Positions 26,154 through 36,653 of a DNA stretch of 64,000 bases are shown here, piece after piece (within the stretch, counting starts at the first letter, position 1; each line of letters starts with the position of its first letter). The notes under the pieces are model-generated. The model was given only the letters and a program-made list of their open reading frames with translations. It searched no databases and was not told the DNA's origin. This stretch comes from Deltaproteobacteria bacterium RBG_16_64_85 (GTDB lineage Bacteria; Desulfobacterota; Deferrimicrobia; Deferrimicrobiales; Deferrimicrobiaceae): assembly GCA_001798885.1 (NCBI GenBank), contig MGQW01000011.1, positions 44,953-108,952 on the forward strand. The letters are read 5' to 3'. The position numbers and the translations under genes were made by a program.

Positions 26154-26834
26154 ATGAATTTCACGAATCCCGCCGCCATCTTCGTGTCTTCCTTCATCAT
26201 CGCGCTCTCCGGGGCGCTGATGCCCGGGCCGCTCCTTGCGGTGACCATCCGCGACACTACCCGCCGCGGTTTTATCGCTGCGCCGCTGCTCGTGCTCGGC
26301 CACGGGATCCTGGAGCTGGGGCTCCTGGCGCTCCTTATGCTGGGTCTCGCGGAGTGGTTGAAAGGGGAGGCGGCGACGACCGTCATCGCGCTGGCCGGCT
26401 GCAGCGCGCTTTTGTGGATGGCGGTCGGAATGGTGCGCGAGGTCCGTTCCCTCCGGTTCGACCCCGGCGCAGGGGCTTCGAATGCCGCCGGTCCCGATAC
26501 GGGGAATGCCCGCAACCTCTGGCGTCCCGTGGCGGACGGCATCATCGCCTCGATCTCCAACCCCTACTGGTCGCTGTGGTGGGCGACGATCGGGCTGGGA
26601 TACCTGGCGCTCTCCAGTGGGCAGGGGCTCACCGGCGTGGCCTTCTTTTTCGCCGGCCACATTCTGGCCGACATCGCCTGGTTCCTGTTCGTCGGCCTGA
26701 CCGTGTCCGCGGGGCGGGGACGGTTCACCGACCGCATCTACCGCGGGATCGTCGGCGTCTGCGCCGGCTTCCTTTTCTTCTTCGCGCTGTCGTTCGGGTA
26801 CTTCGGGGTGACGAAGCTGTTCCGCCTGCTGTGA
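26154..26834 (+). CDS. LysE/RhtB-family amino-acid exporter
   Basis: Six predicted TM helices. N-terminal 'ALSGALMPGPLLAVTI' is the LysE-family motif. Confidence 0.72.
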   Translation: MNFTNPAAIFVSSFIIALSGALMPGPLLAVTIRDTTRRGFIAAPLLVLGHGILELGLLALLMLGLAEWLKGEAATTVIALAGCSALLWMAVGMVREVRSLRFDPGAGASNAAGPDTGNARNLWRPVADGIIASISNPYWSLWWATIGLGYLALSSGQGLTGVAFFFAGHILADIAWFLFVGLTVSAGRGRFTDRIYRGIVGVCAGFLFFFALSFGYFGVTKLFRLL

Positions 26835-26862
26835 GACGGAAACCATCGCAAGGAGGCCGATC

Positions 26863-29361
26863 ATGAAGGCTGTCGTGATGGCCGGGGGATTCGGGACGAG
26901 GATGCGCCCGCTGACGGAGAAGCTGCCCAAGCCGATGGCGTACGTGGCCAACCGCCCCATGATGGAGCACGTGGTCCGCCTGCTCGCCAAGGGGGGGATC
27001 CAGGACCTGGAGGTCCTGCTCTATTTCTACCCGGAGAAGATCACCTCCTACTTCGGCGACGGCTCCCGGTGGGGGGTGAGGATCAACTACATCGGCGCGG
27101 AGGCGGATTACGGAACCGCCGGGGCGGTCAAGAACGCCGAGGAGCTCCTGGACGGCACCTTCCTCGTCATCAGCGCCGACATCCTCACGGACTTCGACCT
27201 CTCCAAGGCGTTCGAGTTCCACCGGGAGCGCAAGGCGGCCGCCACGATCGTCCTCACCCGGGTGCCCAATCCTCTCCAGTACGGGATCGTCCTGACGGAC
27301 GAAGACGGCCGGATCGTCCGGTTCCTGGAGAAACCGTCCTGGGGGGAGGTCTTCTCCGACACGATCAATACGGGAATCTACATCTTCGAGCCCGAAGTGC
27401 TCTCCCTGATCCCGGAGAAGAAGAACTTCGACTTCAGCAAGAACCTCTTCCCGGCGATGCTCTCCCGGGGGGACCGCCTGCTGGGGTACATCGCGGAAGG
27501 GTACTGGAAGGACGTGGGGAACCTCTCCGAGTACCTGAACGTGCACCTGGACATCCTGGCGGGGAAGGCGGCAATCGAGTTCGAGGGGAAGAGGGCCGGC
27601 ACCGGGAACGTCTGGATCGGCGAAGACACGCACATCGAATACACCGCCGAGCTGAAAAACGTCGTTCTCGGAAAAAACTGCGCCATTTATGGCGAGGCCG
27701 TCGTGGAAAACTCCGTGCTCGGGGACGGGTGCATCGTGGAGGACGGCACCGTCATCCAGTCGTCGGTGGTGTGGCCGCGAACCACAATCCACAAGGGCGC
27801 GCGGCTCCTCGAGAACATCATCGGATCGGACTGCGAGATCCGGGGCCACGCCTTCCTCGCCGAGCGCGCGGTCATCGGCGACCATTGCCGCATCGGCACC
27901 GGGGCGGTGGTCAAGGCGAACGTGAAGGTCTGGCCCCACAAGGTGGTCGAGGACGGCGCCGTCCTCTCTTCCTCGCTCATCTGGGGAGAGAAGTGGGCGC
28001 GCTCCCTGTTCGGCGCCTACGGCATCTACGGCCTGGCCAACCTGGAGATCTCGCCCGAGTTTGCCGCCAAGCTGGGCGCCGCCTACGCGGCGACGTTCGG
28101 CAAAAAGGTGGTCCTCTCCACCAGCCGGGACAGCCACAAGGCCTCCCGGATGATCAACCGGGCCATCATGACCGGGATGCTCTCGGTGGGCGTCGACGTC
28201 CATGATTTCGGGGTGACTCCGCTGCCCGTGGTGCGGTTCCTCGCCCGGGGTCACCGGGATGAGCGCGGAGGGGTCCACACCCGCAAGAGCCCCTTCAATC
28301 CCAAGTTCATCGATATCAAGTTTTTCGACGATACCGGCCTCGACCTTTCGATGGCGCTGGAGAAGAACATCGAGTCGCTCTTCTTTCGGGAGGATTTCGT
28401 TCGAGCCGACATCGAGGAGACGGGGCAGATCACCTTCCCCGTCGGAGGGTTCGAAACCTACGTTGACGGCTTCCTGAAATCCGTCGATACAAAGGCGATC
28501 CGCGGACGCGGGTTCAACATCGTGATCGATTACTCCTACGGCGCCTCCGCCCTGATCTACCCCCGCATCCTGGGGCGGCTCGGGGTCGAGACGGTGGCAC
28601 TGAACGCCATGCTGGACCCGGAAAAGATCACCAGGACGCAGGAGGAGTTCGACAAGGGGCTCCATCACCTGTCCGCCATCGCGCGGTCCCTTTCGGCCAA
28701 CTTCGGCGTGATGATCGACACGGGCGGAGAGAAAATCTTCCTGATCGACGAGAAGGGGGACGTCCTCTCCGACTGGGTGGCCCTCCAGATCTTCTGCCTC
28801 CTGGTCTGCCGGCAGAACCGGAAGGGGTTGGTGGGAGTGCCGGTGACCGCCTCCCGCAACATCGAAAAGATCGCGGCGAGGTTCGGAATGGCCGTCGTCC
28901 GCAGCCGGACCCTGCCGCGCTCCCTCGTGGAAACGGCCGCGCGGGAGGGGGTGGAGTTCGTCGGCGACGGCAACGGCGGGTACGTCTTCCCCCGATTCCA
29001 GCCCGCGTTCGACGGGATGTTCGGGATCGTCAAGCTGATGGAGCTTCTGGCGGGCGAGGAGCGCGCGCTCTCCGACGTCCTCCGGGAGATTCCCCCGACG
29101 GTGTTCGTCCAGAAGAAAATCCCCTGCGCCTGGGAACACAAGGGGGCCCTGATGCGCGTTCTGGCGACCCACGCCAAGGGGAAGCCCAGCCAGTTCATCG
29201 ACGGCGTGAAGATCTTCCACGGCGAGGACTGGGTACTATTCTACCCCAGCCAGGACGAGGCCTACTTCCACCTGTGCGTCGAAGCGGAGGATCGGCGGAA
29301 CGCCGAGGGTCTCTTGGTGCACTACACGGACCTCTTCTCCTCGTGGAGCAAAGGGCTTTGA
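26863..29361 (+). CDS. Bifunctional sugar-1-phosphate nucleotidyltransferase (N-terminal, with LbH) / phosphoglucomutase-phosphomannomutase-like (C-terminal) protein
   Basis: N-terminal 'MKAVVMAGGFGTRMRPLT' (NTP_transferase) and hexapeptide repeats. The C-terminus has PGM/PMM domains I-IV. The catalytic Ser loop reads 'GGVHTRKSPFNP' instead of the consensus TASHNP. Confidence 0.8.
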   Translation: MKAVVMAGGFGTRMRPLTEKLPKPMAYVANRPMMEHVVRLLAKGGIQDLEVLLYFYPEKITSYFGDGSRWGVRINYIGAEADYGTAGAVKNAEELLDGTFLVISADILTDFDLSKAFEFHRERKAAATIVLTRVPNPLQYGIVLTDEDGRIVRFLEKPSWGEVFSDTINTGIYIFEPEVLSLIPEKKNFDFSKNLFPAMLSRGDRLLGYIAEGYWKDVGNLSEYLNVHLDILAGKAAIEFEGKRAGTGNVWIGEDTHIEYTAELKNVVLGKNCAIYGEAVVENSVLGDGCIVEDGTVIQSSVVWPRTTIHKGARLLENIIGSDCEIRGHAFLAERAVIGDHCRIGTGAVVKANVKVWPHKVVEDGAVLSSSLIWGEKWARSLFGAYGIYGLANLEISPEFAAKLGAAYAATFGKKVVLSTSRDSHKASRMINRAIMTGMLSVGVDVHDFGVTPLPVVRFLARGHRDERGGVHTRKSPFNPKFIDIKFFDDTGLDLSMALEKNIESLFFREDFVRADIEETGQITFPVGGFETYVDGFLKSVDTKAIRGRGFNIVIDYSYGASALIYPRILGRLGVETVALNAMLDPEKITRTQEEFDKGLHHLSAIARSLSANFGVMIDTGGEKIFLIDEKGDVLSDWVALQIFCLLVCRQNRKGLVGVPVTASRNIEKIAARFGMAVVRSRTLPRSLVETAAREGVEFVGDGNGGYVFPRFQPAFDGMFGIVKLMELLAGEERALSDVLREIPPTVFVQKKIPCAWEHKGALMRVLATHAKGKPSQFIDGVKIFHGEDWVLFYPSQDEAYFHLCVEAEDRRNAEGLLVHYTDLFSSWSKGL

Positions 29362-29390
29362 ACAAAGGGCAGACGGTACGCGTTCACGTC

Positions 29391-30011
29391 ATGGAGGTGG
29401 GACCGCTTGCGGTGAGCTGCTACATCGTCGAGCATGTTTCCACCCGCAAGGCGGTGGTGATCGACCCGGGGGACGACGGCGAGGCGATCCTCGGGGAGAT
29501 CGGGAGGCTGGGACTGGAAGTGGACAAGATCCTGCTCACGCACGGCCACTTCGACCACGTGGGAGCGGTCGGGCTCCTCCGCAAAAAATCGGGTGCGAAG
29601 GTCCACCTCCACCCCGACGACGTCGAGCGGATGAAGACCGCCCGGCGCCAGGGGCTGATGTTCGGCCTGTTGATACCGAACACCCCATCGCCGGACGTTC
29701 TCGTGGGGGAGGGAGATCGAGTCCCGTTTGCAGACCGGGAGTTCCGCGTGTCGCACACTCCCGGGCACACGCCGGGCTGTGTATCCTACATCATGGAAAG
29801 CGAGAAAATGGCGTTCGTCGGGGACCTGATCTTCGCCGGGTCGATCGGCAGGACCGACCTGCCCGGGGGAGACTACGACGCGCTGATCCGGGCGGTGCGG
29901 GAGAAGATCTTCGTCCTCCCCGACGATACCGTACTGTTCCCGGGGCACGGACCGGCCACCACGGTCGGCGGGGAGAAGCGGTCCAATCCATTTTTCACGG
30001 GGGGCGGGTAG
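29391..30011 (+). CDS. MBL-fold metallo-hydrolase (hydroxyacylglutathione hydrolase-like)
   Basis: 'LTHGHFDHVGAV' (HxHxDH) zinc-binding motif. The start could be a few codons upstream. Confidence 0.72.
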   Translation: MEVGPLAVSCYIVEHVSTRKAVVIDPGDDGEAILGEIGRLGLEVDKILLTHGHFDHVGAVGLLRKKSGAKVHLHPDDVERMKTARRQGLMFGLLIPNTPSPDVLVGEGDRVPFADREFRVSHTPGHTPGCVSYIMESEKMAFVGDLIFAGSIGRTDLPGGDYDALIRAVREKIFVLPDDTVLFPGHGPATTVGGEKRSNPFFTGGG

Positions 30012-31214
30012 ATGGGCATCTTCTCCGGCAGGGAGGTGGTCCTGGGGGTGACGGGCGGAATCGCCGCCTACAAGGCGTGCGAGATCGTCCGGGAGCTCCG
30101 GAAGGAGTCGGCGAACGTCCACGTGATCCTCACCGCTTCGGGGGCCCAGTTCATCACGCCGCTGACCCTGCAGACCCTGGCCAGGAACCCGGTGGTGACG
30201 GATCTGTTCAACCTCATCTCCGAGTCGGAGATCGGGCACATCTCCCTCGCGCAACGGGCCCACCTGCTGCTGATCGCCCCGGCGACGGCGAACATCCTCG
30301 GGAAGATCCGAAACGGGATCGCGGACGACATGCTTTCGACGGTCGTGATGGCGACGACGGCGCCGGTGCTGATCGCCCCGGCGATGAACTCGCAGATGTA
30401 CGCCTCCGCGGCGGTGCAGGAAAACCTTTCGGTTCTTTCGGCGCGGGGTTTCCACTTCGTGGAGCCGGACGAAGGCGAGCTCGCCTGCGGGACGGTGGGA
30501 CCCGGGCGGCTTGCGGACGTCGGGAAGATCCTCGAAATGGCCCGGATCCTCCTGTCGGAGAAGCCCCTGGCGGGGAAGAGGGTGGTCGTGAGCGCCGGCC
30601 CGACGGCAGAGCCCCTGGATCCGATCCGCTTTCTCTCGAACCGGGCCTCGGGCAAGATGGGATTCGCGATGGCCCGCGCCGCGCGCCGTCTCGGGGCGCA
30701 GGTGACGCTGGTGTCCGGCCCGACGGCCCTGCCCGACCCCCTTTTCCTGACGACCGTCCGCGTCCGGACGGCGGAGGAGATGTTTTCCGCCGTCTCCCGC
30801 GCGGCCGAGGATGCCGAAGCCGTCGTGATGTGCGCGGCGGTCGCCGATTTCAAGGCCAAGAGGTCCGCGCCCGGCAAGATCAAGAAGGAGAGCTTCGACT
30901 ACCGCGTGGAGCTTTCTCCCACGGTGGACATCCTGGAGTGCCTGGGAAAGAAAAAGGGGAACCGGGTCCTGGTCGGGTTCGCGGCGGAAACCGACGACCT
31001 CGCGCGGAACGCGCGGGAAAAGATGCGGCGGAAGAACCTGGACGCGATCGTGGCAAACGACGTTTCGCGGACCGACATCGGCTTCGAGTCAGACGACAAC
31101 GAGGTCCGGATTTTCTTCCCGGACGGCGAGGTCCGGGAACTTCCGCTGACCACCAAGGACGGAATCGCGGTGGGGGTCTGGCTGGCGCTCAACGGGAAGC
31201 TGTTCCGCCGATGA
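30012..31214 (+). CDS. coaBC: Bifunctional phosphopantothenoylcysteine decarboxylase / phosphopantothenate--cysteine ligase
   Basis: N-terminal flavoprotein domain 'VLGVTGGIAAYKA' and C-terminal CoaB domain. 400 aa. Confidence 0.9.
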   Translation: MGIFSGREVVLGVTGGIAAYKACEIVRELRKESANVHVILTASGAQFITPLTLQTLARNPVVTDLFNLISESEIGHISLAQRAHLLLIAPATANILGKIRNGIADDMLSTVVMATTAPVLIAPAMNSQMYASAAVQENLSVLSARGFHFVEPDEGELACGTVGPGRLADVGKILEMARILLSEKPLAGKRVVVSAGPTAEPLDPIRFLSNRASGKMGFAMARAARRLGAQVTLVSGPTALPDPLFLTTVRVRTAEEMFSAVSRAAEDAEAVVMCAAVADFKAKRSAPGKIKKESFDYRVELSPTVDILECLGKKKGNRVLVGFAAETDDLARNAREKMRRKNLDAIVANDVSRTDIGFESDDNEVRIFFPDGEVRELPLTTKDGIAVGVWLALNGKLFRR

Positions 31215-31903
31215 CGAGACGCCCCTCGCCGAAAATGGTCGCCGCCTACCTGCGGGAGATCGGGATCGACTACATCCTCGTTCCGCCACCTGCCGAAAGG
31301 CCGGCATCCGCCGCGAAATCCGCCGCTGCAACGGTTACGGGCACCGAGGCGGGGGAAACCTTGGAAGAGATCCGGAAGGAGCTTCTTTCGTGCCGCGGGT
31401 GCCCGCTGTGCAACGGGCGAAGGACCGTCGTCTTCGGAGTGGGCAATCCCCTTGCCCGGTTGATGTTCGTCGGCGAGGGACCCGGGGAGGAAGAAGACCG
31501 GCAGGGCGAGCCGTTCGTCGGGGCCGCCGGGAGGCGGCTCAACCAGTGGATCGCCCGCCTGGGCCTCCGGCGCGAGGACGTCTACATCGCCAACATCGTC
31601 AAATGCCGGCCGCCGGGGAACCGGGCCCCCTTCCCGGAGGAGGCCGCTTCCTGCCTGCCGTACCTCAAGCGGCAGATCCGGGCGATCCGGCCGGAGGCGG
31701 TCTGCACGCTGGGTGCCGTCGCCCTGCAGTACCTGCTGGGCACGAACGAGAAGATTACGCGGGTGCGCGGGAAGTGGCGGGAGGTCGACGGCATCCCGGT
31801 GCTGCCCACGTATCATCCGGCATTCATTCTTCGCAACCAGACCCGGGAAACGGAGGCGTTCGCCGATTTCGACCTCCTCGCGGAGCGACTCCATCTCAAG
31901 TGA
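31211..31903 (+). CDS. Uracil-DNA glycosylase, family 4
   Basis: 'CRGCPLC…GEGPGEEEDRQGEPFVGAAG' and 'HPAFILRN' are family-4 UDG motifs. ATGA overlap with coaBC. Confidence 0.85.
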   Translation: MTRRPSPKMVAAYLREIGIDYILVPPPAERPASAAKSAAATVTGTEAGETLEEIRKELLSCRGCPLCNGRRTVVFGVGNPLARLMFVGEGPGEEEDRQGEPFVGAAGRRLNQWIARLGLRREDVYIANIVKCRPPGNRAPFPEEAASCLPYLKRQIRAIRPEAVCTLGAVALQYLLGTNEKITRVRGKWREVDGIPVLPTYHPAFILRNQTRETEAFADFDLLAERLHLK

Positions 31904-31904
31904 T

Positions 31905-33098
31905 ATGGGCGCGCCGCTGCCGATCGTGGGGGTGAGCCGGAAGGGGGAGGAGCGGCTTCGCTCCGGCCACCTCTGGGTCTTCGGGGACGACCTCCGCGAC
32001 CTTCCGCGGGAGCTGCCGCCCGGATCCTGGGTGCGGGTCCTCTCCCGGGCGGGAGAACCCCTCGGGACGGGAACCTTGAATCTTGCCAGCCGCATCGCGC
32101 TGCGGGTCGTCTCCCGCGGGGTGGTGAGCCCGGGGAAGGCGTTCTTCCGCGAGCGGCTCGAGGAGGCGTGGAGGAGGCGGACCGAGGCGGGGCTGGGGGG
32201 AGAGCGCGCCCTCCGTCTAGTGTATTCGGAGGGGGATTTCCTCCCCGGCCTGATCGTCGACCGGTACGGCTCCATTCTGAGCGTCCAGATCCTGACGGCG
32301 GGGATGGAGGCCGCACGAGAGGATATCGTCGAATCGCTCGCGGAGAGGTTCCCCTGCCGTCTCCTCCATGAACGCTCCGAAGGGGGCGGCAGGAAGCGGG
32401 AGGGGCTTCCTGAAAGCAAGGGGCCGTTGCGCGGCGGGGGCGAACCCCGGGAGGAAGTGGAAATGGACGGCCTGCTGTTCCTCGTCGACGTGGAAACCGG
32501 GCCCAAGACGGGGTTCTTCCTGGACCAGCGGGAGAACCGCCGGATCGTTCGGGACCTCTCCCGGGGGAAACAGGTGTTCGACGGGTTCTGCTCGACCGGG
32601 GCCTTCGGGCTTTATAGTCTCGCGGGAGGGGCCGGGAGCGTCCTTGCGATCGACTCCTCCGGTCCCGCCGTGTCCGCCGCGAGGGAAAACGCCGCGCGGA
32701 ACGGGTTCACCGCGCGCTGGGAGGGGAAGGCGGCCGATCTCTTCACGGAACTGCGCGAACTGTCCGTGTCCGGACGGCGGTTCGACCTCGTCGTCCTGGA
32801 CCCGCCCTCTTTCGCCAAGTCCCGGGAAGGCCGGGAGGGAGCGATGCGAGGATACCGGGACATCAACCGTCTGGGGCTCTCCGTTCTTGCACCGGGAGGG
32901 ATCCTCGCGACGGCTTCTTGCACCCAGCGGGTCGATATGGCGAAATGGAAGGAGGCACTGAGGGCGGCCGCCGCCGATGCGCGGGTGGACCTGCAACTGC
33001 TGGTCACAGGCGGGCAGCCTCCCGACCACCCGGTCCTGCTCGGGGTGCCGGAAACCGAGTACCTGAAATTCGCCGTCTATCGGAAGAGGTCGTCGTGA
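31905..33098 (+). CDS. rlmI: Class I SAM-dependent rRNA (cytosine-C5) methyltransferase, RlmI-like (PUA-like N-terminus + methyltransferase)
   Basis: 'FLDQRENRR', '[11 protein letters not shown]', and 'DPPSFAKS' motifs are typical of RlmI/RlmK family methyltransferases. Confidence 0.78.
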   Translation: MGAPLPIVGVSRKGEERLRSGHLWVFGDDLRDLPRELPPGSWVRVLSRAGEPLGTGTLNLASRIALRVVSRGVVSPGKAFFRERLEEAWRRRTEAGLGGERALRLVYSEGDFLPGLIVDRYGSILSVQILTAGMEAAREDIVESLAERFPCRLLHERSEGGGRKREGLPESKGPLRGGGEPREEVEMDGLLFLVDVETGPKTGFFLDQRENRRIVRDLSRGKQVFDGFCSTGAFGLYSLAGGAGSVLAIDSSGPAVSAARENAARNGFTARWEGKAADLFTELRELSVSGRRFDLVVLDPPSFAKSREGREGAMRGYRDINRLGLSVLAPGGILATASCTQRVDMAKWKEALRAAAADARVDLQLLVTGGQPPDHPVLLGVPETEYLKFAVYRKRSS

Positions 33099-34411
33099 CG
33101 CTGCGGTCTGCCCGACAGGGGATCCTTTTCGTGCTCCTCCTTCTCGTCGCCGTCCTTCCCGCGCGCGCCGTCTCCGCGGAAGCGCCCCACGGAGCGGTGA
33201 TCGCGACGATCGCCACCTCCATCAACCCCGTCACCGCCGATTATCTGTCTTCCGTCATCGAAAAGGCGGAAGAAGCGGGAGCCGCCCTGATCGTCCTGGA
33301 GCTGGACACCCCCGGCGGCCTCGACAGCGCGATGCGGCAGATGGTCCAGGAGATCATCAGGACCCGGATCCCCGTGGTCGTCTACGTCTCGCCATCGGGC
33401 GCCCGCGCGGCCTCCGCCGGGGTTCTCATCACCCTTGCGTCGGACGTCGCCGCCATGGCACCCGGCACGAACATCGGTGCGGCCCACCCGGTGAGCATCG
33501 GGGGCGGCGGGATGGACAACACCATGACGAGAAAAGTGGAGAACGACGCCGCCGCGTACGCCCGGTCCCTGGCGGAGAAGAAAGGGCGCAACGCGGACTG
33601 GGCGGAGAGCGCCGTCCGGGAGAGCACCTCCCTCACGGAAAGGGAGGCCCTCGAGAAGCACGTCATCGACCTGGTCGCGCCGTCGCTTGGCGACCTGCTT
33701 TCCAGGTTGGACGGGAAGGAGATCCGCAAGGGGGAGGAGGCGATCGTCCTGAGCACGAAGGGGATCCAGGTGACCCGGGTCCCCATGGGGATCCGCCATC
33801 GCATCCTGTCCTCGCTGGCCGACCCCAACATCGCCTACATCCTGATGATGATCGGCATCTACGGGATCTTCTTCGAGCTCTCCAACCCCGGCGCCGTCTT
33901 CCCGGGGATCGTCGGCGGAATCTCCCTGATCCTGGGGTTCTACTCCCTGCAGACGCTCTCGGCCAACTACGCCGGATTCCTCCTCATCGCACTGGCGATC
34001 CTCCTCTTCATCCTGGAGGTCAAGGTACACTCTTACGGCGCACTGACGATCGGGGGAATCGTATCGATGCTCCTGGGGAGCCTGATGCTCTTCCGCGCCT
34101 CCGCGGATCCGTACCTGCGGATTTCGTGGGGGGTGCTGCTGTCGATGGTCGGAGCCTCGGTGGTCTTTTTCACGACGGTCATCACGCTGGCGGTGCGAAG
34201 CCAGTTGCGCAGGCCCGTCACGGGAGCGGAGGGGATGATCGGGGAAACCGGGGAGGCGATGGAGGACTTCGCGGGAGAAGGCAAGGTGTTCGTCCTCGGG
34301 GAGTGGTGGAACGCCCGGTGCGGCGTCTCCCTGAGGAAGGGAGAAAAGGTGACCGTCGTCGGCCGGGAGGGGATGACGCTCCTCGTCGAGCCCAGGAATA
34401 CGCGCAGCTGA
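33095..34411 (+). CDS. NfeD-family membrane-bound serine protease (ClpP-class), partner of stomatin
   Basis: Signal peptide, a ClpP-like domain (GGLDSAM…SAG), multiple TM helices, and a C-terminal OB-fold domain. GTGA overlap with rlmI. Confidence 0.8.
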   Translation: MTLRSARQGILFVLLLLVAVLPARAVSAEAPHGAVIATIATSINPVTADYLSSVIEKAEEAGAALIVLELDTPGGLDSAMRQMVQEIIRTRIPVVVYVSPSGARAASAGVLITLASDVAAMAPGTNIGAAHPVSIGGGGMDNTMTRKVENDAAAYARSLAEKKGRNADWAESAVRESTSLTEREALEKHVIDLVAPSLGDLLSRLDGKEIRKGEEAIVLSTKGIQVTRVPMGIRHRILSSLADPNIAYILMMIGIYGIFFELSNPGAVFPGIVGGISLILGFYSLQTLSANYAGFLLIALAILLFILEVKVHSYGALTIGGIVSMLLGSLMLFRASADPYLRISWGVLLSMVGASVVFFTTVITLAVRSQLRRPVTGAEGMIGETGEAMEDFAGEGKVFVLGEWWNARCGVSLRKGEKVTVVGREGMTLLVEPRNTRS

Positions 34412-34449
34412 AAGGGATTCCTCGGAGAATCCCGGAAGGAGGGAATGGA

Positions 34450-35247
34450 ATGGTTCCTTACTTAGCGCTGGTGATCATCGCGATCCTGTTCCTGTACAGC
34501 GCCATCAAGATCCTCAACGAGTACGAGCGGGGGGTGATCTTCCGGCTGGGCCGTGTCATCGGGGCCAAGGGGCCGGGGCTCATCCTGCTTATCCCCGTCA
34601 TCGACAAGATGGTCCGGGTGGACCTGCGCGTCGTGGCGATGGACGTTCCCGCGCAGGATGTGATCACGCGGGACAACGTCACGATCAAGGTGAGCGCCGT
34701 GTTGTACTTCCGCGTCCTGGACCCCAACCGGGCGATCATCAGCGTCGAAAACTACCTGTACGCCACCTCCCAGCTGGCGCAGACGACCCTCCGGTCGGTG
34801 TGCGGGCAGGCCGAGCTGGACGACCTCCTCTCCGAGCGCGAGAAGATCAACGCGCACCTCCAGGAGATCCTCGACAAGGACACGGAGCCGTGGGGCGTCA
34901 AGGTCGCGAAGGTGGAAATCAAGAACATCGACCTGCCGCAGGAGATGCAACGCGCCATCGCCAAGCAGGCCGAGGCCGAGCGGGAGCGGCGCGCCAAGGT
35001 CATCGGCGCCGAGGGGGAGTTCCAGGCGGCGCAGAAGCTCGCGGACGCGGCGCAGATCATCGGTGCCCAACCGATTGCACTGCAACTGCGCTTCCTGCAG
35101 ACGCTCCGGGAAGTGGCGTCCGAGAACAACTCGACCACCATCTTCCCGGTTCCGATCGACCTGTTCACCCCCTTCATGGAGGTCGCGAAGGCCATGAAAG
35201 CCACCCTCCCGCCGGCCGGCGACCGTCCCCCGCAGGGGGGAGCGTAA
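34450..35247 (+). CDS. SPFH/band-7 stomatin-like protein
   Basis: N-terminal TM helix and an SPFH domain 'GVIFRLGRV…DLRV…'. The coiled-coil C-terminus '[24 protein letters not shown]' is classic for prokaryotic stomatin. Confidence 0.85.
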   Translation: MVPYLALVIIAILFLYSAIKILNEYERGVIFRLGRVIGAKGPGLILLIPVIDKMVRVDLRVVAMDVPAQDVITRDNVTIKVSAVLYFRVLDPNRAIISVENYLYATSQLAQTTLRSVCGQAELDDLLSEREKINAHLQEILDKDTEPWGVKVAKVEIKNIDLPQEMQRAIAKQAEAERERRAKVIGAEGEFQAAQKLADAAQIIGAQPIALQLRFLQTLREVASENNSTTIFPVPIDLFTPFMEVAKAMKATLPPAGDRPPQGGA

Positions 35248-35318
35248 AACCGACGTCGATGGGGAGGAGCCGCCGTTCATCGGGGAGCGACGTGGTCGCG
35301 CCGGCTCACGCTCACACG

Positions 35319-36653
35319 ATGCCAGGTGTCACTGCGCCGGCCGCCTCGGGGCCTGCCGCGCTCGCCGTCGCTCGCGCTTTTCCTCCCTATCCGGTCGGCG
35401 GCCCCTCGGAGCTCGAACCCTCCCCCCGTAACCGTAGGGTCGGGCTCTCGCTCCTTCTCTTTTCCGTTGGGGTCGCTTTCCTTTTCGGAGGGTGCGCCGG
35501 CGCGCCGCCGCGTGCGAAGCTGCCTCCCGCCCCCCCGCCGGCAGTCCCCCCTCCGCCGGTTCCACGGCCGCAGGCGCCGCTCCCGTACGTTCACACGGAG
35601 TCCGCGTCCGTACGCCCCGTGCGCGTTCTTCTGGGAGGGACGCAAAAGGAGCTTTCGGTCACGGGGGAATCGATCCGGGCCTGGAGCTTCGCCGGAGCCC
35701 TGGTGGCCGAGGGAAACGGGGCGGTGAACCTTTCCGTACGCGGCGAGAAGATCCTGTGGAGCGGATGGAAAACGCTTTCCTCGCCGATCGACATCGCCTC
35801 GCCTTCCGGTTTGCGGCTCGGCGGGAAACAGCTCGTCGGAAGGATCCGGGTTTCGGCCCACAAGGGTCAGCTGCTGGCCGTGGCGGTCGTCCCGTTGGAG
35901 GAGTACGTCACGGCGGTCGTCAGCCGGGAAGCCCCCCCGTCCTTCCATCCGGAGGCGCTCTCCGCCCTGGCGGTGGCGGTGCGGACCTACGTCCTGATGG
36001 CGATGGAGAAGCCGCGCGATCCCACCCACGATGTCGCCGCAGGGGTGGAAGATCAGGTCTTCGAGGGAATGGACAACGTCGCGGAGGTCTTCCGGAAGGC
36101 GGCCGGCTCGACGAGAGGCGAGGTCCTCGCCTTTCAGGGGGCTCTCGCGCGCGCGGCGTATCATTCCACCTGCGGGGGAAGGACCGAAACCGCGAAGGGC
36201 GCCTGGGGGACCGACGTGCCGTATCTGCAATCCATTACGTGCGATGACTGCCGGGACAGCCCCGCGTTCCGTTGGGATTACCGGATGACGGCGAAAGAGG
36301 GGAAGCGGATTGCGCATTCGCTGGGAGTGAGAGCGATCGACGACCTGAGGATCGAAGTCGCGGGGCGCACCTCCACGGGCCGCGCGCTCCGTGTGCGGCT
36401 TTCCTCGGGAAGGGTTTCCCGGGAGGTTTCCGCCGCCGTATTCCGGCGGGAGGCCGGTTACGCCCGTGTCAAAAGCCTGAAGATGGAAATCGTTCCGGTA
36501 GGGAACGGGTGGGTGTTCGCGGGGCAGGGGTACGGCCACGGCGTGGGAATGTGCCAGTGGGGGGCCGACGGCATGGCCAAGAGCGGGAAGGCGTACCGGG
36601 AGATCCTGACGCGTTATTACCCGGAGACCGCTCTTGCCCGGAGCTCCCCCTGA
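35319..36653 (+). CDS. SpoIID/LytB domain protein (amidase enhancer-like) with a lipoprotein-type signal
   Basis: C-terminal 'YHSTCGGRTE…GHGVGMCQWGA' is the SpoIID/LytB signature. N-terminal 'LLLFSVGVAFLFGGCAG'. Confidence 0.75.
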   Translation: MPGVTAPAASGPAALAVARAFPPYPVGGPSELEPSPRNRRVGLSLLLFSVGVAFLFGGCAGAPPRAKLPPAPPPAVPPPPVPRPQAPLPYVHTESASVRPVRVLLGGTQKELSVTGESIRAWSFAGALVAEGNGAVNLSVRGEKILWSGWKTLSSPIDIASPSGLRLGGKQLVGRIRVSAHKGQLLAVAVVPLEEYVTAVVSREAPPSFHPEALSALAVAVRTYVLMAMEKPRDPTHDVAAGVEDQVFEGMDNVAEVFRKAAGSTRGEVLAFQGALARAAYHSTCGGRTETAKGAWGTDVPYLQSITCDDCRDSPAFRWDYRMTAKEGKRIAHSLGVRAIDDLRIEVAGRTSTGRALRVRLSSGRVSREVSAAVFRREAGYARVKSLKMEIVPVGNGWVFAGQGYGHGVGMCQWGADGMAKSGKAYREILTRYYPETALARSSP

